Positions 29,948 through 40,041 of a stretch of 64,000 bases of DNA are shown in pieces. A program made the position numbers and the translations under genes. Location of the stretch: the NCBI GenBank assembly GCA_964527555.1, contig CAZGOG010000001.1, positions 52,602-116,601 of the forward strand, in the 5' to 3' direction. Each line of letters starts with the position of its first letter. Positions within the stretch are counted from its first letter, which is position 1. The notes beneath the pieces are model-generated. The model made no database searches. It had not been told where the DNA came from and saw only the letters and a program-made list of their open reading frames with translations. Source of the stretch: an uncultured Planctomycetia bacterium (GTDB lineage Bacteria > Omnitrophota > Gorgyraeia > Tantalellales > Tantalellaceae).

Positions 29948-31006
29948 CTATTGGCCTTCGCTTTTGGGATTTTCTTCAGGCTTCTCCTGCCTCTCCTCTT
30001 TCTTCTCGTGATACCCCATAAGGTTAGCGAATATCATCCTGCCCGCCGAGGTCTGCAGTACGCTTGCAACAGTGACATTTATATTCTTACCGATGAACTT
30101 CCTGGCGTTATCTATGACGATCATGGTACCGTCATCCATAAAAGCGATACCCTGGTTCTTCTCTTTACCCTCTTTGCGGATATAAACGTTCATCTGTTCC
30201 CCCGGGAAGACCACCGGACGAAGCGCGTTCGCCAGGTCATTTATGTTAAGCACCCGCACCTCTTCAAGTTTTGCGACTTTATTGAGATTAAAATCGTTCG
30301 TAAGTACCTGGCAATCCAGGATCTGCGCCAGGCGGACGAGTTTGGCGTCAACCCCCTTGACTTCAGGCAGGCTTTCATCGTGGATTATGACTTCCGTGCC
30401 CTGGATCTTCTTTAACCTTTCCAGCATATCGAGCCCCCTGCGGCCCCTGTTGCGTTTAGCGGCATCGGAACTGTCGGCGATCTGCTGAAGTTCCTGAAGG
30501 ACGAACCTGGGGATGACGAGTTTGCCTTCCAGGAAATGCGACTCGCATATCCCGGCGATGCGGCCGTCTATAATGACGCTGGTATCAAGAATGACCAGCT
30601 GATCCTTGCGGTCTTCCCTCGTGAAACGCACATAAGGGATAACAAGATTAAACTCATCCTTCCCTTTGATGGCGATGACCATACCCAGATAACAGAAAAT
30701 AAGCGTAAAAGCTATCTGGAAAGCGGCATAAAATCCCTCTCCCATGGGTATCAAACGCAGTATCAGTGTCACCATCCACGCCATAAAAAAACCGAAGATA
30801 AGACCGAACGCCGCCGCCGAAAGATTGCGTAAAGAGACTCTTTTGAGGCGTATCTCCATCAGGATCAACAGCATACCTACGATAAATCCCGCCAGGGCGC
30901 CGACTATCGCCCCTTCCTTGGGCATTGTCGTAAGAAGCGGCCAGAAATAATAGCCGCAAACCGTACAGAGTATAAGAAAAAACACGCGAATATACTTTAT
31001 CGTCAT
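29948..31006 (-). CDS. Membrane PIN/TRAM protein (YacL family)
   Basis: Four TM segments, LDTSVIIDGRI, RGRRGLD, TNDFNLNKVA, LQTSAGRMIF. Confidence 0.92.
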   Translation of the reverse strand: MTIKYIRVFFLILCTVCGYYFWPLLTTMPKEGAIVGALAGFIVGMLLILMEIRLKRVSLRNLSAAAFGLIFGFFMAWMVTLILRLIPMGEGFYAAFQIAFTLIFCYLGMVIAIKGKDEFNLVIPYVRFTREDRKDQLVILDTSVIIDGRIAGICESHFLEGKLVIPRFVLQELQQIADSSDAAKRNRGRRGLDMLERLKKIQGTEVIIHDESLPEVKGVDAKLVRLAQILDCQVLTNDFNLNKVAKLEEVRVLNINDLANALRPVVFPGEQMNVYIRKEGKEKNQGIAFMDDGTMIVIDNARKFIGKNINVTVASVLQTSAGRMIFANLMGYHEKKEERQEKPEENPKSEGQ

Positions 31007-31031
31007 TATCTCACTTCCTTTCTGGCTTTAA

Positions 31032-31189
31032 ATGAATCTCCACGGACTTACGTCCGCCCTTTCATCTTTTTCGTCCCGTGGCGTCACAACTTCTCGAGAT
31101 ACGCCTTCGCGCCCGTGGTATTCCTTGCCCCAAGCGCCTCTTTATCACATTAGAGATTCATGGTGAGCAAGCGAAGCGCGCCGAACCAT
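31032..31189. repeat. Dispersed structured intergenic element, subtype A, copy 3 (158 bp)
   Basis: Colinear with 8930-9087 and 13928-14085; identical terminal 40 bp. Confidence 0.95.
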
Positions 31190-31209
31190 TAACTTTATAT
31201 TCCCTCTTC

Positions 31210-31869
31210 TTATCTAGGAGAGACGGTTGTGCCACGCCCTCCTGAACTATCAGTGCCACTTCTTCGACTATCCTTTGTCCTTGTCAAAAGCTTCCACGGA
31301 TGAGCTCTTATATCGGCGACAAAGGCTTCCAGGTCGTCGTATATCTTCTCCTCTACAAGGAGCTTGCCGATAGTGCCTTCGCCTTCCGCGAGCCTTGCGA
31401 AAATTTCTTTTGCGTACTGGACGAGTTCGACCATGCTTTCCATCTGCATGCCCACATGTACTGGGTTTTTGCCTACTATGGTATCACCGCTTTTAAGAAA
31501 AACCGGCACCTCCCCCGGGGATATCTCAAGGTACTGCTCGCCCAGAAGACCCAGTGTGTTGATCCTGGCAACGGCGTCTAGCTCGATCTTCGCGTTGCCT
31601 TTCACCCAGACAAAGACTCGTACACGGGTCTTCTCGCTATCGGAAGTGCGGAATATCTCTATTTTTTTCACTTCACCCACGTGCACGCCCGCAAGCCTGA
31701 CAGGCGCATCCTCCGTCAGTCCGTTTACATAATCAAATATCACCTTGATATTGTAGCCCTTTTCAAACCCGTAAAAGTCGCCTATGGAAAAGACGATCAA
31801 AAACATCAGGAATATCCCTATCCCGATAAACAGCCCCACTTTCATCTCAAGTTTTTCGTCTCTGAACAT
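31210..31869 (-). CDS. mlaD: MCE-domain protein MlaD
   Basis: KVGLF TM anchor, GL...PVRLAGVHVGEV, GLLGEQYLEISPG. Confidence 0.9.
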   Translation of the reverse strand: MFRDEKLEMKVGLFIGIGIFLMFLIVFSIGDFYGFEKGYNIKVIFDYVNGLTEDAPVRLAGVHVGEVKKIEIFRTSDSEKTRVRVFVWVKGNAKIELDAVARINTLGLLGEQYLEISPGEVPVFLKSGDTIVGKNPVHVGMQMESMVELVQYAKEIFARLAEGEGTIGKLLVEEKIYDDLEAFVADIRAHPWKLLTRTKDSRRSGTDSSGGRGTTVSPR

Positions 31870-31903
31870 ATGTCGCTCCTTGTCTTTTTATATTAACAAA
31901 AGA

Positions 31904-32650
31904 TCACGCGCTCATTATGGGTCCTTCGGCGCTACCTGTTATAAACTGTCTGACGATCGCATTTTTAGAATTCTTTATCTCCTCTGGCGTACCCACCTCG
32001 ATTATATGCCTGTCATAAAGCATCGCGATGCGGTCTGCTATCTCATAGGCGCTTTTCATGTCATGCGTGACAGTCACGGAAGTCGTCTTAAGCTTATCAT
32101 GGAGAGAACGTATAAGCTTATTTATGGTATCCCCCATTATGGGGTCGACTCCCGTCGTCGGCTCGTCAAAGAGTATGATCTCGGGAGACATGCTGATGGC
32201 CCTTGCAAGACCGACTCTTTTCTTCATGCCTCCGGAAAGCTCCGCGGGCTTTAAATCCTCTATCCCCGCCAGACCGACCATCGCAAGACACTCCCTCACG
32301 CGTTTTTCTATCTCTTTAAGCGACATGTCGGTGTATTCGATAAGCCCGAAACCCACGTTTTCCATTACGCTTAAGGAATCGAAGAGCGCCGCTCCCTGAA
32401 AAAGCATGCCGAATCTCATGCGCACTTTATCAAGTTCTCTGCTGTCAAGCTCTGTTATATCCGTATCGTCGATGATGACTCTGCCGGAATCGGGCCTAAT
32501 CAGTCCTATCATGTTCTTAAGCGAGACGCTCTTGCCGCAACCGCTCCTGCCGATTATGACCATCGATTCGCCCTTATTGATCTTAAGGTTCATGTTCTCA
32601 AGAACGATATTATCCCCGAAAGATTTGCATATATTGACCAGTTCAATCAT
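31904..32650 (-). CDS. mlaF: Mla ABC transporter ATPase
   Basis: GRSGCGKS, FQGAALFDSL, LSGGMKKRVGLARA, VTHD. Confidence 0.92.
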   Translation of the reverse strand: MIELVNICKSFGDNIVLENMNLKINKGESMVIIGRSGCGKSVSLKNMIGLIRPDSGRVIIDDTDITELDSRELDKVRMRFGMLFQGAALFDSLSVMENVGFGLIEYTDMSLKEIEKRVRECLAMVGLAGIEDLKPAELSGGMKKRVGLARAISMSPEIILFDEPTTGVDPIMGDTINKLIRSLHDKLKTTSVTVTHDMKSAYEIADRIAMLYDRHIIEVGTPEEIKNSKNAIVRQFITGSAEGPIMSA

Positions 32651-32663
32651 AAGTAAACTTTTT

Positions 32664-33473
32664 TTATCTTAGAATAAAGTAAAATAGCGCCGTAAAGAAA
32701 CAGTCCGCGATGATTATAAGTATGAAACTGCGCACGACACTCGAAGTGGTCGCCTTGCCCACGCCTTCAGCGCCGCCTTCGGAATTCAAACCCTCAAAAC
32801 AGGATATTACGCATATGATAATGGCGAACGAGACGCTCTTTATCAGCCCGGTCGTAACATCCTTTATGGCAAGCGGGTCCCATGTCATCTTCACATACAT
32901 CGAATGAGTTATATTGAGTTTTCCCACGCCTATGAGATATCCCCCGACCATGCCGAAGAAATCGGCAAATATCGTCAGTAGCGGCACCATGAACAGCAGC
33001 GCCAGGAACCTGGGGACCACCAGGTACCTCACGGGATTGGCCGAGAGCGTCTCCAAAGCCTCGATCTGTTCGGTGACTCTCATCGTACCGAGTTCCGCGG
33101 TTATCGCGGCGCCGCACCTTCCGGCAACGATTAACGCGGTTAAGACCGGCCCCAGTTCACGCGTCAAAGAAAGCGCAACGAGCGAAGCTATGTACATCTC
33201 GGCGCCGACCTTCTGCATCTGGTACGCGCTTTGAAGCGCCAGTACCATACCCGTAAAAAGACTTATAAGAAAGATTATCGGGAAAGAAGCGACACCGATC
33301 TTGTTCATCTGCTCCAGCGTCTGCCATTTGCGAAGGCGCGAGGTGAACGTCCAGAACACGGTCTGGCCCAGCAGCACCATAAGCCCGCCCGTATAAAGAA
33401 AAAGTTTACGGATGCGTCCTTCGACGTATCTTACCAGTCTCATAAAAAGTTTTTTAGCCTGATTTAAATCCAT
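32664..33473 (-). CDS. mlaE: Mla ABC transporter permease
   Basis: RELGPVLTAL..AGR.GAAITAELGTMRVTEQI, GAEGVGKATT. Confidence 0.94.
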   Translation of the reverse strand: MDLNQAKKLFMRLVRYVEGRIRKLFLYTGGLMVLLGQTVFWTFTSRLRKWQTLEQMNKIGVASFPIIFLISLFTGMVLALQSAYQMQKVGAEMYIASLVALSLTRELGPVLTALIVAGRCGAAITAELGTMRVTEQIEALETLSANPVRYLVVPRFLALLFMVPLLTIFADFFGMVGGYLIGVGKLNITHSMYVKMTWDPLAIKDVTTGLIKSVSFAIIICVISCFEGLNSEGGAEGVGKATTSSVVRSFILIIIADCFFTALFYFILR

Positions 33474-33475
33474 GA

Positions 33476-34990
33476 TTAAAAATGCACTTTGTGTTCTACC
33501 CCCATAAAATCATCATCATCCTCAAAATCGACTTTTAAACTGTTATAGGCATCCAGTTTGTACTTGAGGCTCACTTCCCTGTCGGTGCGGCCTTCTCCCG
33601 CGATCTGGTCCTGGATAGCGTCGTCTTCGATGGTCGTGGAAAAAACGATCCTGTCTTTACTGGCTTCCACTCTACCGCCTTTTTCCTCTTTGGCTATCTG
33701 CCAGTTTTCCCATACGGCGACCTTGTTATCCGTATCGAAAAGAACCCCCTCAAAGGTTTTGCCTTCTCTGAATTTAGAAAAGTCCATTTCACCGGCTATA
33801 ATAATATTCCCGCATTCTTTAACGGCACGCGCGTCGACCACCCTGACGACGGGCAGTTTCCCTTTAAGGCTGGCAAAGACGGACTTAAACTGCATCTCAC
33901 CCATAATGCCTTCCGCGATATACAGCCGGCCGTCCACCCTGGCTTCCTTTAGCGGCCCGATAAAGACTATCTCTCCATCGACCTTTCCGGAGAGAGGCTC
34001 ATTCGCTCTTCCGAACATCTCGGTGACATCCTCAAGTTGCAGAGACTTGAACAGAAGTTTTATATCCGCCGGGTAAGGTTCTTTCGCGGCCACCTTCCCC
34101 TGAAAGATAATACCCTTACCCCAGGCGACTTCATCAAGAAAAACCGTCTTGTCACGGGGATCAAATCTCGCTTTGGCTTTAAAATCCCAAAGCGGCATCT
34201 TGTTGACAAGCAGGTTCTCGCATCTTACGGAAAACTCCGGAAGCTCCGAATCCCTGTAATCCAGCCAGAAGTCGCCGATGATCTCCGGACCCAGCACGCT
34301 CACCTTGTCCAGGCGGGAGTAAACCCGTATATCTCCGGTCTCCTCGATGGCTCCGGAGATCTTGACCAGTCCCTTCCTGTCTTCAAGCGGCGTAAACTCA
34401 AGACTTAATTCCCTGTTTTGGGGGGCTAAAATACCCGTGACTTTTAATTTCCCGTCCCAGAGAAGATCACAATCGTAGCTTGAATCCTCCCTCTTCATAA
34501 AAACGCCTTTAACCCCGCGCCGCCTCTCCTTCCCGAATAATAGCGGGGAGACGTGTCCCACTATTTCTATCCTGTCGGGATAGCTGTAAAGCTTTAGAAA
34601 CCCCCGCAGGAAAGGATTCTCCCTGCTGAAATACATCCCTATGTATTTTAAAGTATGCTCCTGGCCTCTGGCGAGCCCGAGTTTCTCAAGTATAGCGCTC
34701 CATATGCGGTAAGATATCTCCATCCTCTCCAGGCGGAAGACCTTGTCTTCCTGATCGCCTTTGGCATAAAACGCAACATCCTGCAGCGTCATATCCCAGA
34801 ACAGCCCCCCGTTTATACTGCCTATCTCGACAGTGAGTTTATCGCCCATGAAGTCTTCGACTTTGCGTGTGGCATAGTCTCTTACCCAATGCATCTGGCT
34901 GAATCCCAGAAAGTACACGACTGAAAGCCCCATCGCAACGGCTAAAAGGCGCTTTTTCCTGTGTTTGTAGACAATGCCCCTCATAGTCAA
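33476..34990 (-). CDS. Membrane-anchored beta-rich protein, possibly AsmA/TamB-like
   Basis: Single N-terminal TM, amphipathic beta-strand pattern, C-terminal Phe; stop lies 2 nt from the mlaE start; start 34990 or 34984. Confidence 0.5.
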   Translation of the reverse strand: MTMRGIVYKHRKKRLLAVAMGLSVVYFLGFSQMHWVRDYATRKVEDFMGDKLTVEIGSINGGLFWDMTLQDVAFYAKGDQEDKVFRLERMEISYRIWSAILEKLGLARGQEHTLKYIGMYFSRENPFLRGFLKLYSYPDRIEIVGHVSPLLFGKERRRGVKGVFMKREDSSYDCDLLWDGKLKVTGILAPQNRELSLEFTPLEDRKGLVKISGAIEETGDIRVYSRLDKVSVLGPEIIGDFWLDYRDSELPEFSVRCENLLVNKMPLWDFKAKARFDPRDKTVFLDEVAWGKGIIFQGKVAAKEPYPADIKLLFKSLQLEDVTEMFGRANEPLSGKVDGEIVFIGPLKEARVDGRLYIAEGIMGEMQFKSVFASLKGKLPVVRVVDARAVKECGNIIIAGEMDFSKFREGKTFEGVLFDTDNKVAVWENWQIAKEEKGGRVEASKDRIVFSTTIEDDAIQDQIAGEGRTDREVSLKYKLDAYNSLKVDFEDDDDFMGVEHKVHF

Positions 34991-35028
34991 AAACCTTCTC
35001 TTCCCCGGGGAGTGATTACGCTTAAGAT

Positions 35029-37503
35029 CTATCCCCGGCTTTCAACGGGTTCGCTTATAAACTTGAGTTCCTCTTTACCCTCAGGGTATGTCACCCTGAT
35101 TATAGAACCAGCCTTGAAAGAACCTCCCAGTATCTCCTCCGCAAGAGGATTCTCCAGGTACCTCTGTATGGTTCTTTTAAGGGGGCGCGCGCCGAAAATC
35201 TTGTCAAACCCTTTATCGATAAGGAAGTCCTTTGCCGTATCATCAAGCATGATATCAACATCTTTTTCCTTGAGCCGGTCCTGCACTTCCTTGATCTCTA
35301 TCTCGACAATATGCTTCAGGTCTTCTCTGCTTAAACTCCTGAATACGATGACGTCGTCCACGCGGTTCAGGAACTCCGGCTTAAAAGTCTTTTTGACTTC
35401 CTCCAGTAGGCGTTCTTTCATCTGGTGGTAACTCTCCTCCTCCTTCTGGGTCTTGAAGCCGATGGCACCGGCCTTCTTCAGAAGGTTCGCCCCTATATTG
35501 GAAGTCATGATAAGTATGGTATTCTTGAAACTGACCTTCCTTCCGTAAGAATCGGTAAGGCGTCCCTCGTCCAGAAGCTGAAGGAGGATATTGAATACGT
35601 CCGGATGGGCCTTCTCTATCTCGTCCAAGAGCACCACCGCATAAGGCCTTCTTCTGACTTTTTCAGTGAGCTGCCCGCCTTCTTCATAGCCGACATATCC
35701 CGGAGGAGCTCCGACGAGTCTCGAGACGTTGAATTTTTCCATGTATTCTGACATATCGATCTGTATGATCGCGTCCTCATCGCCGAACATCACCTCGGCA
35801 AGTTTCTGGCCGAGCAGAGTCTTGCCTACACCGGTGGGTCCCATGAAAATGAACGTGCCTATGGGCCTGTTCGGGTCCTTGATGCCCGCACGGGAACGCC
35901 TGACAGCATGAGCTATGGCGCTTATCGCCTCGTCCTGGCCGATGACCCTTTCCCTAAGGCTCTGCTCGAGCTTCAGATACTTCTCGGATTCCTTCTCTTC
36001 CACTTTCACCAGGGGTATGCCAGTCCAGTTGGAGACGATCGTCGCGATATCATCCTCATCGACGACTATTTCTTTCCGGGTCTGTCCGCTCTTCCATTCC
36101 TGGCGTTTTTTATCGAGTTCTTCCCGGGCCTTTCTTTCGGAATCCCTGAAACGTGCCGCTTTCTCGAAATCCTGGTTCTTGACGGCCACTTCCTTTTCGC
36201 GTTTAGCCTCTTCTATTTTTTTCTCAGCGTTTTTTACCTCCTCCGGCATCACCATGGTGGAAAGTTTCGCCCTCGAGCCCGCTTCGTCTATGAGGTCAAT
36301 CGCTTTATCCGGCAGAAAACGCCCGCTGATATACTGGTCAGACATCTTTGCCGCGGCTTCCAGCGCTTTATCCGTAAACTTCACTTTATGATGGGCTTCG
36401 TACTTGTCGCGAAGCCCTTTAAGTATCGCGATCGTCTCGGGCACGCTGGGCGGGTCGACCGTAACCGGCTGAAACCGTCTTTCCAACGCGGGATCTTTCT
36501 CTATGTTCTTGCGGTATTCGTCAAGGGTAGTGGCGCCTATACACTGTATGTCACCCCTCTGGAGCGAGGGTTTCATGATGTTGGAAGCATCTATCGCGCC
36601 CTCCGCGCCGCCGGCGCCCACCAAGGTGTGTATCTCGTCTATGAAGACAATTACTTCCGGACTTTCGGTTATCTCTTTCATGACGGCTTTGATGCGTTCC
36701 TCGAACTGGCCCCTGTACTTGGTACCCGCTATCATCATGGCAAGGTCCAGTATTAAGAGCCTTTTTCCTTTAAGCGTCTCGGGCACGTCCCCGGCGATGA
36801 TCTTCTGCGCGAGCCCCTCAACGATAGCCGTCTTGCCGACGCCTGCCTCACCTATAAGAACGGGATTATTCTTCTTGCGTCTGCTTAATATCTGTATCAC
36901 ACGCTGTATTTCCTTCTCGCGGCCTATTACGGGATCAAGCTGATCCTGTTTCGCCATTTCCGTGAGGTCGCGCGCGAAAGAATCCATAGCGGGAGTCTTG
37001 GTCTTCTTCTTGGGTTTGACGCCGCCCGTCCCGCCGCCGGAGGCCGTATAATCAGGGAAAGACGATCCTAGTAGATTAAGAACCTCGTCTCTTACGATCT
37101 TTAAGTCCAGCCCCATATTAATAAGCACCTGGCTTGCTACCCCGTCGCCTTCACGTATGAGTCCCAAGAGCAGATGCTCCGTCCCGATATAGTTATGCCC
37201 CAGGTTGCGCGCTTCATCCATGGCAAGCTCAATAACTTTCTTGGCTCTCGGCGTAAAAGGTATGTCAGCCGCCGTTATCTGGCCTTCGCCGGGCTGGATG
37301 AGTTTTTCGATTTCGCGCTTTATATTATCCGCGTCAAGGCCGAGACTATTGAGCACTGCCGCCGCTACGCCTTCGCCCTCTTTGACCAGTCCCAACAGTA
37401 TATGCTCAGTCCCGATATAATCATGGTTAAGTCTTCTTGCTTCCTCCTTCGCTAAAAGGATTACTTTTCTTGCTCTTTCAGTGAACCTGTTAAATGCAGG
37501 CAT
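35029..37503 (-). CDS. clpC: ATP-dependent Clp protease ATPase ClpC
   Basis: Two Clp-N repeats, GEAGVGKT, UVR coiled coil, GPTGVGKT, IGF loop. Confidence 0.96.
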   Translation of the reverse strand: MPAFNRFTERARKVILLAKEEARRLNHDYIGTEHILLGLVKEGEGVAAAVLNSLGLDADNIKREIEKLIQPGEGQITAADIPFTPRAKKVIELAMDEARNLGHNYIGTEHLLLGLIREGDGVASQVLINMGLDLKIVRDEVLNLLGSSFPDYTASGGGTGGVKPKKKTKTPAMDSFARDLTEMAKQDQLDPVIGREKEIQRVIQILSRRKKNNPVLIGEAGVGKTAIVEGLAQKIIAGDVPETLKGKRLLILDLAMMIAGTKYRGQFEERIKAVMKEITESPEVIVFIDEIHTLVGAGGAEGAIDASNIMKPSLQRGDIQCIGATTLDEYRKNIEKDPALERRFQPVTVDPPSVPETIAILKGLRDKYEAHHKVKFTDKALEAAAKMSDQYISGRFLPDKAIDLIDEAGSRAKLSTMVMPEEVKNAEKKIEEAKREKEVAVKNQDFEKAARFRDSERKAREELDKKRQEWKSGQTRKEIVVDEDDIATIVSNWTGIPLVKVEEKESEKYLKLEQSLRERVIGQDEAISAIAHAVRRSRAGIKDPNRPIGTFIFMGPTGVGKTLLGQKLAEVMFGDEDAIIQIDMSEYMEKFNVSRLVGAPPGYVGYEEGGQLTEKVRRRPYAVVLLDEIEKAHPDVFNILLQLLDEGRLTDSYGRKVSFKNTILIMTSNIGANLLKKAGAIGFKTQKEEESYHQMKERLLEEVKKTFKPEFLNRVDDVIVFRSLSREDLKHIVEIEIKEVQDRLKEKDVDIMLDDTAKDFLIDKGFDKIFGARPLKRTIQRYLENPLAEEILGGSFKAGSIIRVTYPEGKEELKFISEPVESRG

Positions 37504-37544
37504 TACTATTCCTCCTCCTATTCGTCTCTAAGTTTTAGAGCCCG

Positions 37545-38597
37545 TTAATTTACTCCCAGTTTTTCTCTTACAAGATCGGCCCTCTTTATATCGCGTTCAT
37601 ACGGCGGCAATTCTTTACCGCTTATCTTCTGAAGATGCGCCGGCTGCGTCAAAAGAAGCACCTCGTTGATCTTTACCGCATCAAGATCTTTTATAAGTCC
37701 CAGCTCAGCCCCAAGCCGCACCGCCGAGAGAAGCTTTATCGTCTCGCTTGATGTAATGATCCTCGCGCTTTTAAGCGTCCCGTACGAACGGTGCACTCTG
37801 TCGGATATCTCCTGTTTCCGTTTCGTGATCAGCATGTTCCTCGTCTCTTCTTCCTTGGTTATAACCTTGTGCACTATCCTTTCGAGGTTATCGAGTATAT
37901 CTGTCTCGGAATGGCCCATGGCTACCTGGTTGGAGACCTGGAAAAAATCGCCCAACGCCTCAGTGCCTTCCCCGTAGAACCCGCGCATGGTAAGCCCCAG
38001 TTTGCTGATAGCCTCGAAGACGTTCTCAACCTGTCCGGTCATCGCCAGCGCCGATAAGTGCAGCATAACCGAAGCCCTCAGTCCCGTACCCGTATTCGTC
38101 GGGCAGCTCGTAAGATACCCGAACTTGTTCGAAAAATCAAAGGAAACCAGCTGGGAAAGCTCGCTGTCTATCTCGTCCGCAAGGCGCCACGCTTCCATGA
38201 CATCAAACCCGGACTTAAGCACCTGGAGGCGCAGGTGGTCTTCCTCGTTAAGCATGGCGCTGACTATTTCTTTCTCCTCCACGACGAGCCCCTTATGGTC
38301 GGTCTTCTCTACATGGTCCTTGCTCATAAGGTGCCGTTCCACCAGAAAATATCTGTCCAGCTCGGTCGTCGCGCTTATCCTGAAAAAAACAGCCTTTTTA
38401 AGATACTTGCTTTTCTTGATGGCGCCCTCAAGTTTTTTCAGCGTCTCTTCCCTCTCTTTGTCGGAAGCGCGATCGAAATAGATGCGCCCTTCGATGTTCC
38501 TGGCAAGCCTCACACGCGTGGATAGGGCTATATCCGATTTGGGCCCCTCTCCTTTAAGCCATTCAGTTCTTTTATTTGCAAAGTCATCTATCTTCAT
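37545..38597 (-). CDS. mcsB: Protein arginine kinase
   Basis: RVRLARN, NEEDHLR, CPTNTGTGLRASVMLHL. Confidence 0.95.
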   Translation of the reverse strand: MKIDDFANKRTEWLKGEGPKSDIALSTRVRLARNIEGRIYFDRASDKEREETLKKLEGAIKKSKYLKKAVFFRISATTELDRYFLVERHLMSKDHVEKTDHKGLVVEEKEIVSAMLNEEDHLRLQVLKSGFDVMEAWRLADEIDSELSQLVSFDFSNKFGYLTSCPTNTGTGLRASVMLHLSALAMTGQVENVFEAISKLGLTMRGFYGEGTEALGDFFQVSNQVAMGHSETDILDNLERIVHKVITKEEETRNMLITKRKQEISDRVHRSYGTLKSARIITSSETIKLLSAVRLGAELGLIKDLDAVKINEVLLLTQPAHLQKISGKELPPYERDIKRADLVREKLGVN

Positions 38598-38618
38598 TAT
38601 TCACCTTATGTCTAGAAG

Positions 38619-39122
38619 CTACCCCAGTTTTTCCTCAAGATCCTTTATCCTGTCCCTTAAAACCGCCGCTTTCTCAAACTCCTCCATGCGTATAAGTTCA
38701 TCGAGTTCATTCTTGAGACGCCCCAGGTCCTTTTGGTCTTCAAGCATCTTCTCTCCCTTAAAAGGCATCTTCCCTACATGTTTATCCGAGCCGTGTATCT
38801 TCCTGAGCAGCATACTCAGCTCCCTGCTGAAAGTATCATAACATTTCCCGCACCCGAGTCTTCCGGCCTGCTGGAAATCGTAGTAAGTGAGCCCGCATTT
38901 GGGGCACTTAAGCTTCGTCCCGCCTTTAATCTTTTCCCCTGCTATAGAGGGCCCGAAAGTCATCAGTCCCGAAAGCAGGTCCGTAAGACCGAAATGCGAC
39001 TGCATCTCTTCGCTCTTCGTCTTGGCGCACTTCTCGCAAAGATGGAGTTTCGTGACTTTATCGTTAATCACCTCGGTAAGATGAACTGTCGCCTCTTCTT
39101 TTCCGCAGACATCACATTTCAT
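38619..39122 (-). CDS. mcsA: McsB activator McsA
   Basis: Four CxxC motifs and a C-terminal UVR domain (EEFEKAAVLRDRI). Confidence 0.94.
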   Translation of the reverse strand: MKCDVCGKEEATVHLTEVINDKVTKLHLCEKCAKTKSEEMQSHFGLTDLLSGLMTFGPSIAGEKIKGGTKLKCPKCGLTYYDFQQAGRLGCGKCYDTFSRELSMLLRKIHGSDKHVGKMPFKGEKMLEDQKDLGRLKNELDELIRMEEFEKAAVLRDRIKDLEEKLG

Positions 39123-39134
39123 TGTTTTTGCCCT

Positions 39135-40007
39135 CTAGTATTCTAATCCCTCTGTCTCGGTGAGCTTCTGGTAATCCGCGCGAAGAGTCTGAGTCATCTC
39201 ACCCGGTGATCCCGGACCGATGAATCTCTCCCCTATTTTTATCACAGGTATGATCTCGGCGGCGGTACCGGTCAGGAAACATTCATCCGCTTCGAAAACC
39301 TCTTCGGGAAACATCTTCTTAAACTCAGTTTTAATGCCTCTTTTCTCGGCAAGCTCGATGACGGTGTCCTGAGTCACGCCTTCAAGAGCGCCAAGATCAG
39401 CCGGCGGAGTGAGGAGCTTACCGTCCTTTACGATAAAAATATTGTCACCGGTACACTCGACGACATATCCGTCAAGGCTGAGCATAAGGGCTTCGGGCAC
39501 TCCCGCGTCCGTCGCCTCTATCCTGGCAAGAATGTTGTTGAGATAATTCAGGCTCTTGATCCTGGGATCCAGCGTTATCGGGTGATTGCGCCTGGTCTGG
39601 GCGACGACTATCGACAGTCCCTTTTTATAAAGTTCCTCGGGATAGAGCGCTATCTTATCCGCGATGATAAAAATAGTAGGTTTTTTGCATTTACGCGGAT
39701 CAAGACCGAGGTCCCCCACGCCCCTGGTGACAACGGCGCGGATATACGCGTCGTCAAGATCGTTTATCCGGAGAGTCTCGAGGATTTTCTCCTGGAAATC
39801 CTTTTCATCCATGGGGATCTTGAGGCTTATGGCACACGCGCTTTCATAGAGGCGGTCCATATGCTCCTGAAGCCGGAAGACTCTTCTATTATACGACCTT
39901 ATCCCCTCAAATACGCCGTCGCCGTAAAGAAGCCCGTGATCAAAAATAGAGACCTTGGCGTCTTTACTGTCAACGAACTTGCCGTCGATAAAAACCTTAA
40001 AAGCCAT
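39135..40007 (-). CDS. ilvE: Branched-chain amino acid aminotransferase
   Basis: DHGLLYGDGVFEG, KSLNYLNNI, ECTGDNIF, TGTAAEI. Confidence 0.95.
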   Translation of the reverse strand: MAFKVFIDGKFVDSKDAKVSIFDHGLLYGDGVFEGIRSYNRRVFRLQEHMDRLYESACAISLKIPMDEKDFQEKILETLRINDLDDAYIRAVVTRGVGDLGLDPRKCKKPTIFIIADKIALYPEELYKKGLSIVVAQTRRNHPITLDPRIKSLNYLNNILARIEATDAGVPEALMLSLDGYVVECTGDNIFIVKDGKLLTPPADLGALEGVTQDTVIELAEKRGIKTEFKKMFPEEVFEADECFLTGTAAEIIPVIKIGERFIGPGSPGEMTQTLRADYQKLTETEGLEY

Positions 40008-40041
40008 ACTTACCTCTTCCTTTTTAGTTTGCCCGGAAAAC

